Part shown: piece after piece, positions 36,509 to 49,120 of the stretch | How positions within the stretch are numbered: position 1 is the first letter of the stretch | Layout: the number at the start of each line of letters is the position of its first letter | DNA from: Podarcis muralis | Taxonomy: Eukaryota | Length of the DNA: 64,000 bases | NCBI RefSeq assembly: GCF_964188315.1 | Contig: NC_135666.1 | Location: 45,756,001-45,820,000, forward strand | Direction of reading: 5' to 3' | Notes under the pieces: generated by a model | Told to the model about the DNA's origin: nothing | The model's input: only the letters and a program-made list of their open reading frames with translations | Databases searched by the model: none | Position numbers and translations under genes: made by a program

Positions 36509-38489
36509 TATATACATGCAAATTTATGTATATCGGCCACTTGGATTCATTAAAACAATTGGGGGGGGGTCACATTGAAAAGAGGAAGTGGAGACCAGAG
36601 TAAAAAAGCCAATGACCTAGAGATATATGAAAAAAATGGCATTTTTACCCTTCTCCATGATTGTAGCTAGCACTGATAGAAGGCAAAACAGTGAATATTG
36701 AGGAGTGGGGGTTTTTTTTGGGGGGGGGGTTCATTCATGCATTTTAAACAGCCTCAGGATTGGGAGGGGGGGATCTTTAGCAGCAGCCAGAAGCATATCC
36801 ATGCTTGCAGAATATAAGATATAGTAATATTAGCTGTCAATTTATTGATTAAGCCCACAGACTTCACATTAAAATATTATACACTGTACAGAAACAGAAT
36901 ACAAATTCATCAAATATCTGTTAGCAGCCAGGAAAACATGACATTGATTTTCACTGGTGGCTTCATTACTCTCAACACGAATTTAGCTAGTTTGTGTCAT
37001 AGACTTTATATTCAAAGGTGGTGAAAAATAACATTCAGAGTTATAGTAGCCAGGATACCAAATTACTAATAGATTATTTGATTAAATTGTGTTGTGTTTT
37101 GTAGAATGCAATTTTGTGTGTTTGTGTGTGAGGTCTGTTGACTGGATTAATGAACTGATTCATATCAACTATTTTGCCCCAATGTTCATCTGCACATAGA
37201 ATTTTCAAGGGGACTGACAGAAATTACATGAATCTAGAGCTTTCATGGGAGTTTTTCCTGGAAAGAGCCCTTTACCAGAGGCCATTTTATGAAAAAGCAT
37301 TTTAAAGCAGCATCTCTTCAGCTGGTGAAGCTGCGCTGAATATTTTATTCTAAGCCATTTCAGATGACTTGACCCAGGGGCAGGGAAGCAGAGAGAGAGA
37401 GACGCAAACTCTGTGTGCAGTTCTCACCTGTATGCAGAGAGTAGTTTTGGACTGTAGTCAAATCTGGATTGCAAGCCCAAAGGCGGAAAATTGCAGTATG
37501 GTTTGAGGCAGCTAACAGACTACTTAGCATCCTTCCAAGCTCTTTCCTAATAAAGTAAATTTGTTTCTGTTAACTCTGGACTGGCAGGTGGTTTCAAAAA
37601 GGTTGTGATCAAAGAAACTTTGATTAATCCATGATACCCAGCCCTTTTATTTTCAAATATAAGGACGGGTGTGTGTGTGGAAGAGATGGGACTTGCAGAC
37701 ACCTCAGGATGTCAAATTTGTTGCTCTTCTGACCACGTCTAAGTGCCCCCACAACCTGACCAAGTCAGATAAAGTTGAGTATTTTATATTGTCAATTAGC
37801 TGTTTTCTTCAGGCTTGTCTTATGAATGATTGAGTTTAAAAAGTTAAATTTTAAATTCCTGCTATTCCATTTCTATAAAGAATTTTCATTTCTAACCTTA
37901 AATGATGAATAAATCTTATGTTTTTATTTCATTTTTTGTGGCATTCATCCTAAACAAATGTGAAGTCCTATCGTCTGGAGCCTTGGGTGAATTGCTAGCA
38001 AATTCAATGCTGTCATACCCTGTTTCCAAGGAAGGTAGTATACGGAGTATAGTCATCCAATTAGCACCTCCCCCAAATTTTTGCATTTTAAAATATGGGC
38101 TTTGGAGCCTTTTTTTTTAAGGGGAGCGAGAGTCCACAAACACACCCGTACAGATTTTCTCCTTCCAGTAGTCTCATCAAAACTTTTTTTTCAAGTTACA
38201 AAACACAATGACTAACACCCAAAGAACAAGACACTTCCTGTTCACATGAGTGGTAGATACAAGAGCTAGCGTGAGTGTGTCTCATGCTTTTTGGAAAACT
38301 TCAGAAGTTGCCATATTTTTTCCTGCACGTGTACAGTTTCCAATGCGTGACCGCATAGAGAGCCACTCTAAATGTAATACTGTTTTTTACTTCTGACAAA
38401 AAGTCACAGTACATCAGCTTCTGGTGTCCTCAGGGCCAGAGAGCGTATAAAGTTGACATGGACATCATTTATGCACCAATCAAGAGGTC

Positions 38490-41487
38490 ATTTTTATTAA
38501 CTGGATTTTTTTTCCCATTTGTCACACACCATGAATGTTTATACAATGAAGAAAGCCAAACATCGCTGGAAGCAATTGACAAGGATCAACTGGTATTTCT
38601 GTACCCTCCCCCTAATACACGTAGCTTTTCTCCATTTTATTCTGCTTTATTTTACTAATTGTAAAATTCTGTGTCAAGATTGTCACATCTTAAATACAGA
38701 TAAAGTTGCTAGAGGTACATTATATACACATACAGAAAAATACAAGACTAGTTGCTTTCCACAATATTTAATTTATATGCTACGTTGACTATATGCAACT
38801 TGTAAAGACAGGTTTAAGGGGTACAAGAAACTGTTACTTGTTCTATAATAGTTTGGTCCAATATATTTCAATGTAGTGGTTATTCTCTCCCTCCTTTTAA
38901 CATGACGTAATACAACATACAACACATGCACAATCATTCACCGGTGAATAAATGGATTAAAAAGACAACACTCAAGCTAACATCTGTACACCCAGAGGTT
39001 CAACCAACCATACACAACTAAATAAGGCTATGTTACAGCTATGCAGCATAAATGGTCAACACTGCTGTTCTAAAGTGAGCACCGTATATACACATTTGTA
39101 TATAAAAAACAGAGGGAATGAAAAAACGTCTGGGATTAGTCAAAAGGTGCCATTCCAAGGCTGTACATAACGTGTGGAAAGAATATTTACAAGACTTGAA
39201 AATAAAAAGCTGCAACAGTTTATTGCCAATGCCCTTTATAAACTTTCTCCTACTTTTTATATAGATGCTCTGTTCACCATCATCTGTGAACTGTCCATAT
39301 TTCTGGCCCTTTGTAAGATCCCTGCTTAAGAAAATTTCAAAGAAATATGCGCTATGGCTTCGCCGGCATGCCTGTTCTTGTAGCTTTCAACTGTGTAGAT
39401 ATCATACATGTATGATAGGATGTTTTAAAACTACATTGCAACATAAGCTTAAAAAATAAAACTAAAGCAAAGTGTTTCATTCGTAACTTGCTTTGCTGGG
39501 AAAATATATTCCCCTCCTAAGCTTGATAATAAAATAGGCTGCACGATTGAGATTTGCAGCCTAATTCTGAACATGTTTACTTGAAAGTAAGCCATGCTGA
39601 ACACACTGGGATTTACTTCCTTGTAAATATGCTTTGAATTGCATCCTTTGCCACACTAAAAGAAGCAAACATGAATGTATCATAACCAAAAACAGTTCTT
39701 TGGTGCTCTACAGTCTACAAGGTAAATGAAATGCATTCTACTTGACCATTTTGCTAGCATTTAGATACTAAACTGTGTAAAGTCTCTTAATCAGTGCCTG
39801 CCTGGGTTGTTGCTACATAATACCATCAATACTTACCAGCATTGCTTTGAAGACCCAGCGCACAGAGCTTGAAAAAATAACATTCTTGTCCTTCCCAAAA
39901 TTGGGAATCTGCAATATATTTTATTCTAGATAAAAGTTCAAACAAGTTCACCTGGTCAAAAGTTTCCTTTTGTACATTAAAAATGCCAGCCTATTTATCT
40001 GCTGACATCTCAGTAGCAAGGGGTTAAAAAAAGAGAGAAAAACTAAGAGCTGTGCAGAATGTAAAAAGAAATTGATCCATGCAACTTGTGTTGTCTGACT
40101 CAATTTGGAGAGAGAGTTATGGAAGGGAAATAAACAAGACTGTTACACCCCAAACTAAATTTTATATTGGAAAAAAAATTTCTAGAAATTTGCAGTACAT
40201 GGCACGTTTTGAGATCTGTGGAGTGTATTTAGGATGCACAATGTTAATGCACTCCCAATAAGATCCTTCCTGATCTGAACAGACCTCCTATTCAAATTCT
40301 AGCAACTGTTTTCTGCTCTACCTAAATTCACTTAAACGATTGGTTTAGATGACTGGATACAGTGCTGCATTTTGGAGCACTTTTGATATATCCCACACTA
40401 CACGGACACCCATCTTGATTGGCCTGTTCATTTGTTTACATGGAAATAATGGAAATGTGGAATTAAGATGCTCAGTCACATCCTTCAGGTAATCAATAAT
40501 ATTGAGAGCAGGCTTCAAAATGCTGTGGGGTGAAAGACAGGAAGAGGAAACTTTGTTAAGCCTTTTACTATGCTTATGGCTAGTTAATTTACAGGAACTA
40601 GCTTACTGGAAAAGACCTCTCAAAAGTCACACAAATTGGTCCAATTTAAATAGTCTTGCACTGTACCCAACAACTGCCATGATAATAGACTCTAGTAACA
40701 GATGTGTTCTCCCTTAGATTGTTTTTTTAAAAATACTCCAAGCAGATGACTTTATAATTTTCCTTTGTAATACAGTTTTTAAAAGATTGTCTGCATGTAC
40801 AATTTTTCTCGGGGGAAGCTGCTTAACTATTTCCCCCCCATCTTGTCTGTAACAAACCAAGATCTTCGGCCACCATCTCATGCATATTATAGTTTAAGAC
40901 AAAAGAGATGTGGGGATAAAAATGATAGTTCAAGATCTCTTAAATTCTCAGTGCATCCTTGCTTTGTACAAGCCTTGGAAATCTGAAAGCTCACAGAAGT
41001 TTTCAGCATCAAAACATTATTGCTTTGGTTCTGTTGCAAACACACAGAATTATGCCACATCTCACATAGTTTAGGAAACACAGAAGATCAGAACAAGATT
41101 GGACATTTCACAAAGAAACAAAAGCGCTCTCTCTCTCTCTCTCTCATTTAAGTGCAGAATGTGAAACTACTAAGTGCTTCATTTACACTGGATTTGGACA
41201 CAAGCCTTACTGCAATCCAGATTTTCTATAGTAAAATTATAAATGTAAAAAAGTACACAAATCCTGTTATCGTTGGGAACAAAAAAAAATTTGTTGGCTA
41301 GCAGCATGCACAAAATCATGCATTGTCATTTCAAGCAAACTAAATTAAAATGTAATAAATTACTGCTCAAAGCTCATTTAAAAATATTAAGACAATGACA
41401 ATGAAGGGTTTCAGTGAAATAAAGTATTCACAGCGCAGAAAAGGAAGATTGGTGATGTCAAGTAGAATGAGTTAAGTCTGATTACTG
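38490..41487 (-). other. SNRK: SNRK 3'UTR with several candidate polyadenylation signals
   Basis: AT-rich and nearly free of young repeats. Minus-strand AATAAA at 39219-39224, 38646-38651 and 38493-38498. The true end cannot be determined from sequence alone. Confidence 0.6.
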
Positions 41488-42706
41488 TCAAACAACGTGA
41501 CAGCAAGTAGCTTGGCCAGCGGTACACAGCAATCCCTCCTTCGGGTTTCGCTGAATATTCACAGATATAGTCTTTTCACACAGAGGTAGTTGGAGCACGT
41601 TATTTTTCAAGTTCTTGCTCTTTATCCTTTCTAATTCGTTTGCAGTGTCTGACATCTGATCAGAAAAGAATTTTATACTGCCCAAGGACGAAGCTGGATT
41701 TGCATTCCCAGAGGAACTTATGCACATCTTCCACGTGGATTTCTCCTGTACCTTGACGCTGGAAAAGGAGATGGTGTTTTGCGGATCAATAATGTATTTA
41801 GTGCTACTGTGAATCTGTGAACCTAAGCAGAGGCTCATTAATTTGAGGCTTTCCACCAGGTCGCCCGCGCTTCTTGAAGACAACTGCATTGAATTTCCAG
41901 ATCCGGCGCACCTGCGAGTGGAACCCGAATTGTTATTCGTGCTTCCACTAGAACTACTGGAAGGACTTCCGCCCCCTTTGTTGTTGTCGCCAGGGCTCGT
42001 TTTGTCTACGCCTCCGTTTCCATTGCTTGGTTTTCCTTGTCCGCTGCCGTCTCCCTGATTGCCGGGAGGTCCCTCGCTACTATCCCGTCTGTGCCAGGAG
42101 TAAGTAAACCCGCTGTCTTTATCGAGACGCCGCCTGCTTTCGGAGTCGTCGTCGCTTGTTTCTGAGCTGCTGCAGCTTGATCCCCGACCCTGGCTTTTCC
42201 TTCGGTGGTAGCGCTTGTGCACGGTGCTTGGCGAAGCAATGTTCATTTTTAGACGGCTAAGTTTGGGGGGCAAGTTCTCATCCATGTCAAACTCGTCGTC
42301 CGACTCCCCTTCCTCAAAGATCTGATTCAGGACCGGGGCGCTTTTCCGGGAAGTCAGACGGTTTGTAACGGAAGGCTTGCGGCGCAGGACCACTTGGGTT
42401 GAAAGGGAGACTGGTTTTTTATCTTCTTCGTCCTCCTCCTCGTCTTCTTCCACCCTAAACAAGCACTTCCGACCGCTAGTTGTAGGTTTTAAGCTCACCG
42501 AAGGAACGACGGAAAGTGCTGGTCCTGCTAATTCAGGAATGTCCTCCTTCTTTGATGAATCATTAAGTGCCTTGCTCCGGTGACCATTAAGAACATTTTC
42601 AGCACTGCGAGCTGGAGACTGAGGAACGCCTCCATGCGAGAGAGGAGAAGCTGTAAGGTCATCTTCCAAGTCTTGAGGAACATCGATTTTGGTTGGCCAT
42701 GACTGC
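41488..42706 (-). CDS. SNRK: SNRK coding exon 5 (C-terminal tail, to stop)
   Basis: 1219 nt from ctcttag|GCAGTCATGG to TGA at 41488-41490. Encodes QSWPTKIDVPQDLEDD...EEDEEEDEEDKK...GQATCCHVV*. The five exons sum to 2298 nt in one open frame. Confidence 0.97.
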
Positions 42707-42936
42707 CTAAGAGAGGTGCAAAAAAGAGGAAACAAAGGATTTTAGTAAAAGTTTTAAAAGCAAAGCTCCTCTCACTGTAACTTGAAAAAATGTAAGGTGA
42801 TTTTAAAATTTACCAAGCAGGCAAAGAATTAAATTTGTACATATTGGCCAAGATCCAGAGATCTTACCAATTAGTTCTGCACAACTGACGTAGCTTTGGG
42901 TTGAGGTTTCTCTAGCAATAGCACCAGCAGCAGCAG

Positions 42937-43206
42937 CCAGTGGCATGCCTCTCTGGCGGTTCCCTCCCTGCGAGAAGTGATGTTACTGGGAACCATGCGG
43001 AGGGCCTTCTTGGTAGTGGCGCCGCCCTATGGAATGCCCTCTCCTCAGATGCCAGGGACATAAGCAACTATCTGACTTTTAGAAGACATGTGAAGGTAGC
43101 CCTGTTTAGGGAAGTTTTAAATGTGTGAAGTTTTATTCTGTTTGTAATGTTCTGTTGAAAGCTGCCCAGAGTGGCTGGGGAAACCCAGTCAGATGGGCGG
43201 GTGTAG

Positions 43207-43262
<56 letters not shown>
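42937..43262 (+). mobile_element. L2-type LINE short 3' fragment (antisense in last SNRK intron)
   Basis: Same family as the 19190 and 26632 copies; (AAT)n tail. Confidence 0.88.
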
Positions 43263-45770
43263 TTTTATTGAAATATTTTCAAAAAGTAATTTGTGATCTG
43301 GTATGGCAGTCTGCTATGTAAAGGGGAAAAGCAGAAAATTCTAATAAGCATGCCCACGCCCAAGATTACAGGATTCCAGTCTTTTTGAGTTTGTAGCTAC
43401 CCTGGTAAATGCCTTTTTGAATGGAAAGATGCAGTTTTTGTAATGAGTTTTAATAACATTTCTTTTCAATGGCATTTCCATCTGCTTTTTAAAAAATATT
43501 AAAGTGTATATCATTTTACGCTGCTCAACCTTAAAAAAAAGATTTCAAGAAGTCACTATCTGATAAGTGGCACAGAATACATACAAGTCCACTTTTTAAA
43601 AAGGCACAATTTTTACGGAAGTTATGAAGACATTCTCGGTTTTAGATGAAGCAAAGTTAAGGCAGGAACAGACATTCTTTGCTGCTCTGAATATGCCAAA
43701 GTAATACTGGCAAGGCAAATCAAAATTTTAAAAGCAGGTTCCAAAGCCATTGCCATGAATGCCAGAGACTTTCAAAGAAATTGTTCATTCAGAGTATTCA
43801 GTTGCAGGCTGGCAGATCAAAAAAATAGCTAGAAATCAGGCCAATAAGAGCCAAATGCACAAAGTCACTTAACAAAGTGCACAGCAGATATCCCAGTGTC
43901 CCCTTGCACACAGAGTGAGACCCAGGTATCAAATAATCCGTGAAAATACATATGTTTGTGGAGTAGTACATTTCCAGTCCAAGCTTCCATGGTTGTGGTA
44001 ATCATACATTTATATTACACATAATCAGCTTTGCTGAAATTTTTCTCCTAGCAATGTATTTAAACTTTTTATATCCTACATCACTTCTGACTGATGCATT
44101 TAACAACTAAGCTAAAAAACTATCTGCCTGTCAATTTCAAGTGTGGTTTTCCAGAATTTGTATCCATGCAGCCTCGTCAAAGCATATTCATTCAGAATGA
44201 ATATCTCCCACTTTAGCAAAACACGCCTTACTCCCAAGTGTGCAAAGGTTGGCAGCTGCAATATTGGAGTCAAACTAGATGCAATTTTAAACACACTTAA
44301 ATATTTCCATGCTTACAATTGGCAACATAATCTCTCTCCTGCCCTCATCCCGAACACAACTAAAACTAGTTTGGGACTGCAGGACAAGGGTTATCCTTTG
44401 TTTATGGTTTTCCCTCTAAAAATCACCCCCCCCCAACTGTAGTTATTTGCTCCAATGTGTTGTTTTTTAAAAAATTAACAGAGCAAATATAGGCCGAAAG
44501 GATGCTATCATCACAAAGGCAGAAGTGTGGCCAGTCCTAACATTTAAAAGCACACAGAAGGAAAGGCACATGAACTTTTGCTGTTTATTGTCTTCCTTTT
44601 GACAAGACTTCAATTTCTTAAAATAAGGCCTCCTGCCTTTCATATACTCTGATGGGGCTATTTAAACACAATGACATATTTCTGGACTTGTTTGTGTTTC
44701 TTCTCATTTGCAGTATACATTTTATTTTAGTCTCTATTGCAGTGGTTTTAAATAGTTCTGCCTTCCTGAAGGGATCTTCCTAATTATACCTTTCAGCTTC
44801 TTTAACTATTCCGTTTCTGAAAATACAACTTTGTAGGCAATTTATTTTTTTAACTGCCTACTCCTTTCCCACAAGCTCACCAATGGAACTTTGGTATGGG
44901 CTTCAGCAGTTACTTCCCAGTTACAGTTCCTGACAGAGCCACAATATTGCTAAGTTCTATAACTCCGTGGTAGAGCACACACTTTCTCATGCATGTGCTA
45001 TGCTCAATCCATGGCATTCCTGGTCTGATGATCTTTAACAGGGAAAGCTTGAAGGATCTCTGTCCAAGATGGCGGAGAGCTCCTGCCAAGTCAGGTTAGA
45101 CAAAGCTGAGCTAGACACATGTAGTTGTCCTCCACACTCCCAACTTTCCTTAGCCCCAGCTGGCATGGCCAATGGATGGGGTGATGGACATTGTAGTCCC
45201 TCACCATCTGCAGGGGCACAAGTCTCCATATCTGATCTAACAGGAATGGGATGCACCGATTTCCATCTCTCTCTGAGCTCTCATTCTTCATGGGAAATTC
45301 TGCCTGTTGGAATAGGGTGCAGACTCAGCAACAACACCACCACAAATTGGCTGATTCGTTCTGCGTTACAGTTGTGGCCTGCACTGGGGCAAGCATGAAC
45401 TCAGATATTCCTTACCTAACATTACCCTAGGTTGTGAATTCAATGATAGAAAGGCTAAGAATAGCGACTTCAGCATGACAGGAGAAAAGAAAACGAACAT
45501 TTCTCCATGGAACCAATTCTGTGGCTGTGCTGCTGGTGAATAAGCTTCCAGATCCCAACCTGCAGAACAGTTAACAACCTTCGGCAGCAAAATGCCTTCA
45601 AAACTACCAACTTAGCTGTGCAGAAGCTGTAGAGCACACAGTGTTTTGGCAATGATACACCACAGTAGCATGACAATCTATTTAAAATTATCAAAAAGGT
45701 GGGCCCTTTTAAAGAATGTATGATTAAAAACTCTTAAATTTAGTACAATTTGAGTACTTTAAATTATTAC

Positions 45771-45905
45771 CTAAACTGAGCTTTGATATTGCTTGGGCTT
45801 GCTGATCTGGTTTGTATTTCTTTCTCCTGCTTCTCTCTTAGAATCCGCTCTGCTAGTAAGAAGTAGGTAGCAGTGATGTGATTGTATTTGTTGGTTTCCA
45901 GAGCC
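45771..45905 (-). CDS. SNRK: SNRK coding exon 4
   Basis: 135 nt, ttttatttcccccag| ... |gtaata. Encodes [44 protein letters not shown](R), end of the UBA region. Confidence 0.96.
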   Translation of the reverse strand, partial: GSGNQQIQSHHCYLLLTSRADSKREAGERNTNQISKPKQYQSSV

Positions 45906-47541
45906 CTGGGGGAAATAAAATTAAAATGGAACACATCATACATCAACAGTTTTCTGGAACTGGACATGCAGCCAGCACTGCTTACAATGCACCTCAAAGC
46001 AAATACTGAACAGTGCCTATAAGTAGAAATTAGTCTTTTGACATATTGACAGATAGCTTTTAGTTTATTAAGAACTGGACAACCTAATGTGGCAAGTTCA
46101 ATAATCAAACTAGGCTATATTAAGGAAAGCAACCAAAAGCTGAATAGATTTTCCCCAATCACAGTAATTTACTGAATGCCAGTCTATGCTTCAGTAACCT
46201 TTTGCAGCTGTCAGATATAACTATACTTTACTTTTACAGATAGTCTGCTCAAACAAAGGAATTCTCTTCTTACAGGCTGAGCTCCTGATACATACATTTG
46301 TGACTACGATTACTGAGATTAGGAGGCTGGGAGTGTCTCCACTGCCTCCCTGCGATGACCTCTCACTGCAGGGAGAGGCAACCCCAGGGAAACAAACTTT
46401 GTCAGTGTTGACTGAGACTTTATCAAGTGCTTGCCTTGAAAGCAGGAGAGCAGTCTCATTTATTAGCATGGACTTTCCTCACATTCTCCCCCAACTCAGC
46501 TCACGGGAGCATTGTTGCCAGCTAGCCACTGCCTAGCACTACACAGGGGAGAGAGGCAAAGGTCCAAAATAAAATCAATTTGCAAACAGGCGATATGCTA
46601 CTTTTAAATCTGCCACTGATCTTCCATAGCCAAACGGACAATGTGTTCATCTAGTTAGTCATTAGGCATTAACAGCAGGCTTATTGGCAGATACAAATTC
46701 CTGTTTCAACTGTTTTAAAGCATCCACTTGTTAACTCAGTGGCTTCTATATTGGGCCTGTCTCCAACATTGCCACTTGCACTATTCAGCAGCTGAACATA
46801 TAAAGTTAATGTCTGAGTTACAACCAAACATACAATTTAAAAGCGGTTGACACTAGGAAGAAGCCACATAGTGGGAATACCTACTCCTTTAAGCAACACC
46901 CTACACCCCCCATAACCCAGTGTTTCCTTAACATGGCCAAGGATGTTGGGAGCCAGATAATAGTGCATAAAGAACAGGACATGACTGAACAAGGTGCATG
47001 TCATAACCCGGGTGCCCCACTCTCTGGGCCTGCTGCTACATACTCTCCATCCCCAATCAACTACACATGGGAGAAAAGGAAACTGCTGATAAGGCCATTG
47101 CCCAGGGACCCAAGAAGAAAGAACACTCAAGCTACTGAATAGAATATGAATGACAATTTGATTATTGGGCTTTAGACAGGGCTCCTCTTTGACCAGACTT
47201 GGTAACTTATTTCCAAAAAGTTATCGATGTTTTGACATGTTCTGTAAATGATTTAATTTGTCTTGGGCCACTTTAGCTTACAAAGATACATACAAAAGCT
47301 TGATAAATCTTGCATCTGCAATTATTCCTCTGAATACCAGTGGGCATAAATCAGGGCAAGTTGCTTGCCTTCAGCTTTACTTTTAAGGCTGGTAATGGCT
47401 AGAAACAGAATGCTGGGCTAAGGTGACATGCACCTGATCCAGAAAAGGATTTTCTTGTGCTCTATACAGAAAATTGTTGTGTAACAACAAAATTGGAATT
47501 GCAATCCTGGAATGTAAACACGACAGAAAAGGGTGGCTTAC

Positions 47542-47754
47542 TCTACTATGGTATCTCTGTCTGCGATGTCTCCCAGAACCATTCGCTGTATGATGCTGTT
47601 GTGCTCTTCCTCGGATAGATTTTTGTATGAAACCAAAGGAATATTATATTTGGTTGCAGGCGATGGATCAACTCCTTGTAGCCAGGGATGGTTTTCAATT
47701 TCTTCCAAAGATGCCCTTCGTTTTGGGTCTCTTTGTAACATTCGGGTGATTAAA
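47542..47754 (-). CDS. SNRK: SNRK coding exon 3
   Basis: 213 nt, tttttctcag| ... |gtaagc. Encodes [25 protein letters not shown]...DIADRDTIV(E), kinase subdomain XI and start of the UBA region. Confidence 0.97.
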
Positions 47755-48978
47755 CTGAGAAAAAAGATACAGCTCTATAAGTATGTTAGCACCATCACAG
47801 TAGGAAAATGTTCCCCAAGCATCCAAGGGGTGTCGTCATTCCCCAAGTTTAAAAGTAAGTTTCTACACACATCTACAAACAAATTTGAAAGTATGGATGT
47901 CTGCTTGCTCGTTTAGATGGCAAACTAGCTTATCTACCGTGACTGTTTTCATGTCTCTCTTGATGCTCCTTACACATGCATAATACAAACAGAGGTACGG
48001 AAAAAATAAAAACAAAACAATGCATACAGTTGAAGGACAAGACAAAATTAAAACTGCAACTAAGGGGCTCTGAAGCAGTCATAGAATTATGACAAGGTAG
48101 AATTGTTTTTGGGATTACTTTCCACTTATTAGTTTTTTTTACCTGTCTACAGAAGTCACAGAATGGCTATGGACTTGTGCTAAGCAAGTGTCAAGCCATA
48201 AAAAGCAGTCAAAATTACTAAAACCAGAACTGCAATTAAAAAACATTCCCCCCCCCAGCTCCAACAGGCTTCACAATGTTTATTGAATAGACTTGCGTTC
48301 TTAAACTGTCTTCTGTTTTATTAACAAATTACTATTCTACAATGGGCTATGTGAATATAGGAAATCACTCAATAAAAAATAGTTTACAGGGTTTCACGTT
48401 TCCAGTTATCAATGTATTCTTCAACTGACAACAGCAGCCAAGTACTGCTGACAGGAGGGCTTTGTGGGCTTTGGCAATGAAAATGGTAAAGGGAGAGAAG
48501 GTATTCCTTTAGCTTTGAAAATGTTTCTTATCTGTACATAGACTTTGCATCCATCACACTGATGAAAGTAGATATGCACAGCTTCAAAGCAACCATCAAG
48601 TTAATATTTCCCGTTTGGACCTCAGCTTCGAATAAGTTACCCCTCTCCTGTAGAGCATCAACATGCAAACATTTAATGAATGTGATAAAGGGTGATGTTT
48701 AAAGAAGCAAACCATTTCAAAAATGAAGAAAAACTTCATATTTATCTAGGGAGCTCAAGGTAGTATATATGGTTCTTCTATTTCATTATCATTACAACCC
48801 TATGAGGGTTGAAATAATAGTTCCTGGACCACAGTCCTGAAGTGAGAATAATGGATGAGCTGGGATTACCTGGGACCTAACCCTGTGCTAGTCCTAACCA
48901 ATCACCACATTGGTTCTATACTGAATGGTTAGTGTTACGATTTTAATTTCAATACACTATGTTAAACATTTCACTTAC

Positions 48979-49120
48979 TCTTTACATTCTTTGGACACAC
49001 GTGATGGCACCGTGTATTTACAGTCCATGATCATTGTCAAAGTTTCGCTGTCATTTGCTTCTTGGAATGGTGGCTGCCCGCATACCAACATATAAAGGAT
49101 AACTCCCAGGCTCCATATAT
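48979..49120 (-). CDS. SNRK: SNRK coding exon 2
   Basis: 142 nt, ttacag| ... |gtaagt. Encodes (D)[46 protein letters not shown](D), kinase subdomains IX-X. Not in the ORF track; found by reading the sequence. Confidence 0.96.

Noticed and set aside
39555-39650. Weak palindrome in the SNRK 3'UTR
   Set aside because: The arms are only about 70% complementary; most likely an old small palindromic repeat, with no evidence of function.
45065-45075. YY1-like motif caagatggcgg
   Set aside because: A single short motif among decayed SINE/MITE fragments with no promoter context.
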